A stretch of DNA of 64,000 bases from Candidatus Hydrogenedentota bacterium (GTDB taxonomy: Bacteria; Hydrogenedentota; Hydrogenedentia; Hydrogenedentales; SLHB01). The translations under genes were made by a program, and so were the position numbers. Below are positions 56,609-64,000 of this stretch, one piece after another; the stretch's first letter is position 1; the number at the start of each line of letters is the position of its first letter. Where the stretch lies: the NCBI GenBank assembly GCA_045863295.1, contig BTWA01000005.1:96001-160000 (forward strand), read 5' to 3'. The notes below the pieces were generated by a model. It had not been told where the DNA came from. It worked only from the letters and a program-made list of their open reading frames with translations, and searched no databases.

Positions 56609-58702
56609 TTGGCGGTAGTGCCCCGGGAAATGACGATGCAGCCGGACACCGGCTGGTCGCGTATGCTGCGCAATCAGGATTTGGCGCTGGCGGTTGCCGT
56701 TGTGCTGATCCTGGCGGTGCTATTCATTCCCGTGCCCGCGATCGTGCTCGACGTGTTGCTGACACTCAATATTTCCCTTTCGGTGGTCATTCTCCTGGCG
56801 ACGTTGTATCTACGCGAACCCGTGGAATTTGCGGTATTTCCCTCGTTGTTGCTGATGTTGACCCTATTCCGGCTGAGCTTAAACGTAGCTTCGACCCGTC
56901 TTATACTCTCGGATGCAAGCGCCGGAAACGTAATTGACGCATTCGGAACTTTTGTGACGAGCGGAAGCTATGTTGTCGGCGTTGTTATTTTCTCCATTCT
57001 GGTTGTGATTCAATTCGTGGTCATTACGCGCGGCGCCACGCGCATCTCCGAAGTGGCTGCGCGGTTTACGTTGGACGCCATGCCCGGCAAGCAGATGGGC
57101 GTGGACGCGGATTTGAACGCGGGTCTTATCACGGAAGAACAGGCTCGGGCACGGCGGCACAAGATCGAGCGCGAAGCCGATTTCTATGGAGCGATGGACG
57201 GCGCGACGAAGTTCGTTCGCGGCGAGGCCATTGCTGGACTCATCATTACGCTTATCAACATCTCGGCGGGTTTCATTATCGGCATGCTGATGATGGGCAT
57301 GGACGTATCCGAATCCGCCGCCATCTATACCCGGCTTACGATTGGCGATGGCCTGGTTTCGCAGATTCCTTCGCTTCTGGTGTCCACGGCGGCAGGCATG
57401 ATTGTCACGCGGGCGGTTTCGGAAGACAACCTGGGTTCGGATCTGACGCGTCAGATGACGCGTTATCCCCGGGCCTTGGGGATAGCGGCGCTGATGCTGG
57501 CTGGCTTTGCCGTAGTGCCGGGAATGCCGACCGTACCGTTCCTGCTGGTGGCCGGATTTCTGGGCATGCTTGCGTTTCAAACGACGCAAGCGTTGAAAAG
57601 AGAAGAAGCGCAGGCCGTGGCCGAGAAGGCGATGGAAAAGGAAATCGCGCCGGAGCAGGCTGCTCCGCGCACGGAAGATTTGCTCACGGTGGATCCGCTG
57701 AAGATTGAGTTGGGATACGGATTGATTTCGCTTGCAGATCCCAAACAGGGCGGCGATTTGTTGACGCGTGTTCAGATCATCCGGCAACAGTTGGCGACCA
57801 AGCTGGGGATAATTGTGCCGGTTGTGCGCATTGTCGACAACATGCGCCTGAAGCCATCGGAATACCGCATCAAGATACGCGAAGCGGAAGTGGCCCGTTA
57901 CGAATTGATCACTGATCGCTACCTCGCCATGAATCCCGGTCTTGTAGACGAAGAAGTGCCGGGCGTGGCGACCAAAGAGCCAGCTTTTGGGTTGCCCGCG
58001 GTTTGGGTGTCCGACGAATACCGGCATCGCGCGGAGCTGATGGGATATACGATTGTGGAACCGACGGCGGTGTTGGCTACTCACCTGACCGAAATCCTGA
58101 CTGGTCACGCGGATGAACTATTGACACGTCAGGACGTGCGCAATCTGGTGGATCATGTAAAAGAGTCGGCGGCGTCCGTGGTTGAAGAACTGACACCGGG
58201 AATACTTTCACTCGGTGAGATACAGAAAGTGCTTCAGAACTTGTTGCGGGAGCGCGTTTCCATCCGGAATTTGGAGAGCATTCTGGAGGTGTTGGCGGAC
58301 TTTGGTCCGCGAACGCGCGATCCCGAGTTGCTGACGGAATATTCGCGTCATGCCTTGGCCCGTCAGATCAGCGCCGAGTATGCCGATGAAGACGGCGCAT
58401 TGCGTGTGGTTACGCTTGCACCCAATGTCGAGCGCGAGATATTGGATGCGATACAGCAGAGCCAAACCGGCGAATATATTCCGTTGCCCCCCTCGCGCGT
58501 GGACGAATTAGGGCGAAAGACGGTGGACGCCGTTCAGTCCCTGGTGATGGCGGGATACGAGCCTGTAGTGCTGACGTCCGCGCAGGTCCGGCGCTATTTC
58601 AAGCGGATTGCGGATCGGCACATGCCAAAGATAGTTGTGTTGTCCTACAATGAAATCGATCCGGCTGTGCGGCTGGAAAGCGAAGGACAGGTGAGCGCTT
58701 AA
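56609..58702 (+). CDS. flhA: Flagellar export protein FlhA
   Basis: EVAARFTLDAMPGKQM, FYGAMDGA, IGDGLVSQIP. Confidence 0.97.
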   Translation: MAVVPREMTMQPDTGWSRMLRNQDLALAVAVVLILAVLFIPVPAIVLDVLLTLNISLSVVILLATLYLREPVEFAVFPSLLLMLTLFRLSLNVASTRLILSDASAGNVIDAFGTFVTSGSYVVGVVIFSILVVIQFVVITRGATRISEVAARFTLDAMPGKQMGVDADLNAGLITEEQARARRHKIEREADFYGAMDGATKFVRGEAIAGLIITLINISAGFIIGMLMMGMDVSESAAIYTRLTIGDGLVSQIPSLLVSTAAGMIVTRAVSEDNLGSDLTRQMTRYPRALGIAALMLAGFAVVPGMPTVPFLLVAGFLGMLAFQTTQALKREEAQAVAEKAMEKEIAPEQAAPRTEDLLTVDPLKIELGYGLISLADPKQGGDLLTRVQIIRQQLATKLGIIVPVVRIVDNMRLKPSEYRIKIREAEVARYELITDRYLAMNPGLVDEEVPGVATKEPAFGLPAVWVSDEYRHRAELMGYTIVEPTAVLATHLTEILTGHADELLTRQDVRNLVDHVKESAASVVEELTPGILSLGEIQKVLQNLLRERVSIRNLESILEVLADFGPRTRDPELLTEYSRHALARQISAEYADEDGALRVVTLAPNVEREILDAIQQSQTGEYIPLPPSRVDELGRKTVDAVQSLVMAGYEPVVLTSAQVRRYFKRIADRHMPKIVVLSYNEIDPAVRLESEGQVSA

Positions 58703-58703
58703 C

Positions 58704-59996
58704 ATGGATCAGAAGCTGAGCCGTTATCGGGGTGACACGTTGGACGAAGCCTACGCGGAGATGCGCAGGGCCTTGGGGCCTGATGCGATTGTGCTGCGCA
58801 CGGCGTTTGTGCGTGAGGGCGGTCTCAGGGGATTTCTGGGCAAGAAGCGCGTTGAATTGACGGCCACCCACGCAGATGCGCCCGGAACATCCGATCGGCG
58901 GAAGAGCCCGATGGAGCGGAAGTACTCGGCTCAGATGAGCGGTCCGGACTCCAAGATTGGCTCGGACGAGCGCGTTGCGGATTCAGTGGCTCATTTCCAG
59001 CGCATGTTGACGGATGCGAGGCCTCGGGTGGGTAGTGGCCGCACATTTTCGCCGAGTATGCGGGGCAACGCGGCCATAGCCGTGGATGATAGTCCGATGG
59101 TCAGGGCGTTGCGCAGCGAGATACGCGAAATGCGATCGCTGATGGAAGTGCTGGTGGCCGAGAGTTCCTCAGAGACGGCGGCACCGGAGTATGCGCCCCA
59201 GTATCGGATGCTTGTGGAATCAGGCGTTTCGCGGGAGGCTGCGGCCTCACTGCTGGCACACGTGGCGCGCACGAGCGATGCGGACGTGATCCGGCGGCCT
59301 GAGGTGTTTCAACAACGCATCCACAACGAGATCCAGAAGCGGGTTTCGGTTACTGGTGGGGTTCGTGTCCGGCTTGGCACGTGCCGTAAAGTGGCGCTTG
59401 TAGGACCTACAGGCGTGGGAAAAACGACCAGCATTGCGAAGATGGCCGCCCGGCTTGCCGTGCATTCCAGGGCGCGCGTGGCCTTGATCACGGCCGACAC
59501 CTATCGCGTTGCGGCGCCGGATCAGTTGCGCGTGTATGCGAATATTATTGGCGTTCCCCTCCATGTGGTTCATGACAGCCGGGAGATGGCGGACGCTATT
59601 TTGGCGGTGAAGGACTATGATTTGGTCCTGATCGACACGGCTGGGGGCAGTCCGTTCAATACCACTCAAATTGGGGAGTTGGGTCAGGTGCTTCATGCCG
59701 CGTACCTCGACGAGGTCATGCTCGTGCTCGCGGCGAATACACGCGTGGAAGACATGCGGCACGCCGTGACGCATTTTGGCGCGCTTCGCCCCACGTCGAT
59801 ACTGTTTTCGAAACTGGATGAAACCACGTCGTATGGCGCCATATACACGATGGCGGAAGATACGGATTTACCATTGAGTTACTTCAGCACGGGTCAGAGC
59901 GTACCGGAGGACTTTGTAGCGGCAAAACCAGAGACAGTGGCGGGCCTGCTTTTTGACGGAACCAAAACCATGGCGGCGCTCACGCGCGAACCGTAG
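58704..59996 (+). CDS. flhF: SRP-like GTPase FlhF
   Basis: GPTGVGKTT, DTYR, DTAG, KLDE, GQSVPED; follows flhA. Confidence 0.93.
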   Translation: MDQKLSRYRGDTLDEAYAEMRRALGPDAIVLRTAFVREGGLRGFLGKKRVELTATHADAPGTSDRRKSPMERKYSAQMSGPDSKIGSDERVADSVAHFQRMLTDARPRVGSGRTFSPSMRGNAAIAVDDSPMVRALRSEIREMRSLMEVLVAESSSETAAPEYAPQYRMLVESGVSREAAASLLAHVARTSDADVIRRPEVFQQRIHNEIQKRVSVTGGVRVRLGTCRKVALVGPTGVGKTTSIAKMAARLAVHSRARVALITADTYRVAAPDQLRVYANIIGVPLHVVHDSREMADAILAVKDYDLVLIDTAGGSPFNTTQIGELGQVLHAAYLDEVMLVLAANTRVEDMRHAVTHFGALRPTSILFSKLDETTSYGAIYTMAEDTDLPLSYFSTGQSVPEDFVAAKPETVAGLLFDGTKTMAALTREP

Positions 59997-60007
59997 GAAT
60001 TCTTATC

Positions 60008-60880
60008 GTGTCGGACCAGGCGAGCAATCTTCGGGAATTCATACGCGACAACAAACGTGGGGCGCGAGTATTTGCCGTCACGAGTGGCAAAGGTGGCGTC
60101 GGCAAGACCAGCACGAGCATCAATCTTGCGATCGCGCTCGCGCAGCGGCAGTCACGCGTTGTGGTATTGGACGCGGATTTGGGTCTGGCCAATGTCGAAG
60201 TGATGCTTGGTTTGAATTCCGTTTACAACTTGCAGCACGTGATCACCAATGAACGCAGCATGATGGACATCCTTGTGCAGGGGCCGGGCGGTATCGAGAT
60301 CGTTCCCGGAAGCTCGGGGATAGCCCGGATGGTGGACTTGGGACCGCGCGCCCGGCAAAACGTGTTGAATGGGCTTCGCGATCTTCAGGCGAAGACGGAC
60401 TTCATTATCATCGACACCATGGCGGGGATTGGCCAGAATGCCGTGGCGTTTGCAGCGGCTGCCGACGAAGTGCTGCTGATATCAACACCGGAGCCGTCGT
60501 CTATTGTCGATGCGTATGCGACAGCCAAGACGATATTTCAATTGCGCGAAGATGCTTTTATACGCCTCATCGTGAACCAGGCGGGCAGTGCGCAACAGGC
60601 GCAAGCCGTGGCCGACAAGTTGGTGGCTGTAGCGCAGCAGTTTCTTGCGCGCAAGCTGCATTTCCTGGGTTGGATACCGCGGGATCCCCATGTGCAACAA
60701 GGTATCATGCAGTCGTACCCGTTTTACTTGCGGTTTCCGCACGCCCCGGCGTCCAAGGCGCTTGATGAGATTTCCGAACGCCTGCACCAGCAACGCCCGC
60801 AAACCGTGGATCGGCAACGGGCCGGCGGCGGCTTTTTCAGACGCATTGCGGAGAATCTGGGACTCGCGGGCAATGGCTGA
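60008..60880 (+). CDS. flhG: MinD-like ATPase FlhG/FleN
   Basis: SDQA N-terminus, SGKGGVGKT, DADLGLAN, PEPSSIVDAY. Confidence 0.93.
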   Translation: MSDQASNLREFIRDNKRGARVFAVTSGKGGVGKTSTSINLAIALAQRQSRVVVLDADLGLANVEVMLGLNSVYNLQHVITNERSMMDILVQGPGGIEIVPGSSGIARMVDLGPRARQNVLNGLRDLQAKTDFIIIDTMAGIGQNAVAFAAAADEVLLISTPEPSSIVDAYATAKTIFQLREDAFIRLIVNQAGSAQQAQAVADKLVAVAQQFLARKLHFLGWIPRDPHVQQGIMQSYPFYLRFPHAPASKALDEISERLHQQRPQTVDRQRAGGGFFRRIAENLGLAGNG

Positions 60881-60906
60881 GACGCCGAATATGCAGGCGG
60901 GTATGA

Positions 60907-61647
60907 TCAGCGGTTTTTACGTCGGTTTTTCTTTAAAGCGTTCTTGTTCTTTTCCGCTTTTCGATCCGCGACGCGTTTTCTGCGTTCCACCGCCTTTAAT
61001 ATGTACGAAGCCGCGTCGGGCGTGACACAATTCGTTTCTCCATGATCCACGTTCACCTTGCCAATAGTCATCGCTGCTCCCAAAGCCATGGCCTGCAAAT
61101 CGTCGTTGCGTAATCCTATGGCAATGAGCGCCTGATTCATGGCGTGGCGCACGCGATTTTTCCTTGTGTGGATCGACGCACGGATTTCATCCACATATTC
61201 CGCGAAATAGGAATTGGGTGGAACCGGGTTTTGAAGCGCATATACGGACAAGGCGGTCCAACCGGCGCTGGCGGTCCATTCCTCGTCTGATTGCGACCAC
61301 GCTTTGATCAGTCTTTGCGCGTAGGGAAGCGAACCGGCTAATTTCGCAAACTCGTCGGTCACAACGTAATTGTCGAGGTCGCGAATCCAGACATCGGCGA
61401 GCGCCCGCGGAAAAGTGGCGGGATCGGCAATCATGCACGCGAGAATGCGCGCGTCATGGACGGCTGAATTCCACAAGGCTTGGGCGAGCGCACTGTCTTT
61501 GCTCAGACGTTTGGCCATCGGTCGCAGGTGTGCGTAACTCACGCCAAAGATCTCGCCTGCGATTCCGTGCCGCCGGTATATGGCCGCATTGTGCAGGGAG
61601 CCAAGCTCCTTGAGCTGTTGCAGGACGTCTTTCGCCTGGTGCGTCAT
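60907..61647 (-). CDS. DNA alkylation repair protein (AlkD-like HEAT repeat)
   Basis: FGV...L, LW...HDARILA, NRVRHAMNQALIAIG, VDHGETNCVTPDA. Confidence 0.85.
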   Translation of the reverse strand: MTHQAKDVLQQLKELGSLHNAAIYRRHGIAGEIFGVSYAHLRPMAKRLSKDSALAQALWNSAVHDARILACMIADPATFPRALADVWIRDLDNYVVTDEFAKLAGSLPYAQRLIKAWSQSDEEWTASAGWTALSVYALQNPVPPNSYFAEYVDEIRASIHTRKNRVRHAMNQALIAIGLRNDDLQAMALGAAMTIGKVNVDHGETNCVTPDAASYILKAVERRKRVADRKAEKNKNALKKNRRKNR

Positions 61648-61821
61648 GACTTGTCTCGCCGGAGTATACGTTGGCTTGTGCGCCGTTGAGCTGTCCGGCT
61701 ATCAGGGTATCATAGGTTTTTCGTTCCAAATAGTCTTCGCAACAGATCTCTTGTGAGCGTAATGCCGCTGGGGTATGCTGGTATTGCGGGAGACAAGATC
61801 CGTATTCGGGGGTATTCAGGC

Positions 61822-64000
61822 ATGGGCGAACGAGACGAATTGCAGGAGTTACGCGCGTCGCTGAGCCGGCTGCTTGCCGAAGCCGATCAGATATCCCGGC
61901 GGTTGCGGCAGTTGGAATTGCAGGAATTGGAGGGCCGGGCCCGGGAACGTCTCGAAGGCACGTCTTCCATAGAACCGATTCGCGCGCCGGGACCGCCGCC
62001 ACTTCCGCCTACGGCGGCCAAGGCCGTTGCAATGAACAGGCAGGAGCCCGCCGAATTGCCTCCGCTGACGGAAGCACCGGCACCAACTTCTGTCAGTCCC
62101 ATTCGTCAACCGTTGCCTCCTCCTCCTCCTCCTCGCCCTCCCAGGGATCGCGGACCTGGGTGGGAAATCCGGTTGGGGACCTATTGGATTCCTCGCATTG
62201 GCATTGGCTTGGTTACGTTGGCGGTCGTTTTCGCGCTCACATTGGCCATGAACAAGTGGGGCCCTCCCATGCGTGTTGGGCTTGGGTATGGTGTGTGTGC
62301 GGTGTTGCTCGCGCTGGGCTGGCGTCTGGACAAGCGTTATCCGAATTATGCGCGCATCCTCTTTAGCGGCGGGTTCGCGCTCAGTTACTTTGTCACGTTT
62401 GCAGCTCATTATGTGCCGTTTGCAAAGGTCATAGAGAGCACGCCGGTCGCGTTAACGTTACTTGCCTTCGTGGTGGGTATATGGGCTGCCGCGGCGCAGG
62501 TGCGGAAGTCGCGATTGCTCGGCGCGCTTGTCACTATTCTCGGCCACCTCACGGTGCTTCTGGCCATTCAAGGTCCCGGTGGAATCGGGAAGTATGGATC
62601 GTTGGGCGTTGTCGTGCTTAGCGCCGGCAGCGCTTTTTTTCTGCTGCGCAATGGCTGGTATTACATCGCTGCGCTAGGCCTTGCGGGCGCTTACGGCAAT
62701 CATGCGCTTTGGATGTACACGACGACCGGAGCCGACAGTGCGTTCAACTTTTGGGCGAATATCGGCCTGTTGGCAGCGCACTACCTTTTGTACAGCCTGG
62801 CGGAGTATTTCTCGCCTCCAGCCATACGCGAGCGGATACCTCTGGCATTTCGCACGGCGTTTGTTACCGCGAATACGGCGGCCTTATTCGGGTTTGGCAC
62901 ACTCGTTGTCGAGCATTACACCTACAGTCACGGCCACCAGGATCTGTTCCGCTTCGCTGTTTCCGGCGTATTGTTTCTGCTCGCCCTCGGGTACTGGGCC
63001 CGGCGTGACCTCCTGCACAATGCCTATTTTACAAAGGCGGTCACCGCATTGACGCTTGGCCTGGCCGTCCGATATACGGGAGACACGTTGACGGCGTGGC
63101 TTGCGGTAGAGACGGTCGTGCTACTCATCTCAGCGCGACAGTCGGGCCTCACCGTGACTCGCGTGCTCGCATTACTTGTTGGCGCGGCCGGATTTCTATA
63201 CGGACTTACTCAGGGAATGTCCGGTTCCCCCATAGCGTACGAGGATCCCGGTTACGCGCAGGCGTCTGTGAAGGCGTTAATCACCGTGGCTTCATTTTAT
63301 GCGGCCTCGGTAATCTACGAGTTGACGGATTGGACGAACCGATCTCCGAAGTGGTCTCGCATTCCCAATGATTTAGTCGATTTGTTTTGGCAGTTCGATT
63401 TTGCGGAAGCGCCGGCATCGTCAAAGCTTCAGAAGATGGGCGACGGATTGCTGTATCCCGTCTTGTATACTCTGTTCGGCAGCGTACTCCTTTTCATCCA
63501 CGGCCAATTGCTCACTCATGAAGGACACTGGTGTGTCCTGCTTGCCGGGAACGCTGTTGCACTCTTTGTACTTGCCGCGGCTGCCGGAAGCCGTACCTTC
63601 GATCTTGCCTCGCTTGTGTGGCTAGGCGTTGGCGCAGTAGTGGGTACCTACGAGATCGGTACGGTGTCTTCGATGCCGGTCTGGGCTGATATCAGCGTTG
63701 CGGTATTACTTGGGGCCGTCGCCCTGGGTGTGGAGCGCGCCGTCAATGGCCGCTTTCACGCCCTTGAATTTCACCGTCAGCCTTGGACCGCTTACTTCGC
63801 GTATCCAGTTGTATCGTGGATTGTAGCCGCCATATGCATTGATCGACTTGTGCTCACGGTTGAGTTTGCGTCCTTGACATCGGTGGCGGTGTTGCTGGCG
63901 GTGCTTTTTCTTTGGCTTCATCCGCGCGCGATGGCGTACAGTTCGACGATCGTCTTTCTCATTGCCGTTGCACATTGGTACTTCATGCGTGAGTCCGCGC
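61822..64000 (+). CDS. DUF2339-like polytopic membrane protein, 3' end runs off the window
   Basis: Absent from the ORF track (no stop). From ATG 61822: coiled coil, Pro-rich linker, then WEIRLGTYWIPRIG, RVGLG, GGFALSYFVTFAAHY and many TM segments. Confidence 0.85.
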   Translation, partial: MGERDELQELRASLSRLLAEADQISRRLRQLELQELEGRARERLEGTSSIEPIRAPGPPPLPPTAAKAVAMNRQEPAELPPLTEAPAPTSVSPIRQPLPPPPPPRPPRDRGPGWEIRLGTYWIPRIGIGLVTLAVVFALTLAMNKWGPPMRVGLGYGVCAVLLALGWRLDKRYPNYARILFSGGFALSYFVTFAAHYVPFAKVIESTPVALTLLAFVVGIWAAAAQVRKSRLLGALVTILGHLTVLLAIQGPGGIGKYGSLGVVVLSAGSAFFLLRNGWYYIAALGLAGAYGNHALWMYTTTGADSAFNFWANIGLLAAHYLLYSLAEYFSPPAIRERIPLAFRTAFVTANTAALFGFGTLVVEHYTYSHGHQDLFRFAVSGVLFLLALGYWARRDLLHNAYFTKAVTALTLGLAVRYTGDTLTAWLAVETVVLLISARQSGLTVTRVLALLVGAAGFLYGLTQGMSGSPIAYEDPGYAQASVKALITVASFYAASVIYELTDWTNRSPKWSRIPNDLVDLFWQFDFAEAPASSKLQKMGDGLLYPVLYTLFGSVLLFIHGQLLTHEGHWCVLLAGNAVALFVLAAAAGSRTFDLASLVWLGVGAVVGTYEIGTVSSMPVWADISVAVLLGAVALGVERAVNGRFHALEFHRQPWTAYFAYPVVSWIVAAICIDRLVLTVEFASLTSVAVLLAVLFLWLHPRAMAYSSTIVFLIAVAHWYFMRESA

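Noticed and set aside
62116..62133. CCT trinucleotide run
   Set aside because: It simply encodes a poly-proline linker in the DUF2339-like protein
1..64000. tRNA, rRNA, CRISPR array, transposase, integrase or prophage
   Set aside because: None recognised by eye; a covariance-model scan is needed to exclude small RNAs

Overview
Gene-dense bacterial chromosomal window, roughly 58-60% GC by eye. I see no rRNA, tRNA, CRISPR array or transposase. The gene repertoire (Planctomycete-style WD40 Ser/Thr kinases, DUF1080 and ceramidase-like exported proteins, CFI-box-like C-termini, flagellar export genes) suggests a PVC-like or Hydrogenedentes-like diderm, but that is inference only. Recognisable genes are thiD, miaA, purU, pilT, a livKHMGF-type ABC transporter and fliQ-fliR-flhB-flhA-flhF-flhG. 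The best candidate for an undescribed system is 46949-54134. There a membrane receptor-type Ser/Thr kinase (kinase-TM-WD40-two PDZ-like domains) is followed by the 3' remnant of one gene and three intact tandem paralogues of a ~280-aa family I cannot assign. Each paralogue ends in a conserved six-cysteine tail (CC-x4-C-x9-C-x10-13-C-x6-C-H-stop), and a terminator closes the unit. Other notable items: two separate ECF sigma / anti-sigma / mini-secretin modules, a LivG ATPase with a ~90-aa hydrophobic insertion, a TatA-like/J-domain protein behind a rhomboid protease, and tandem Lys-C-like proteases with variant CFI-box-CTERM tails. All family calls come from motif recognition by eye; no database search was run.
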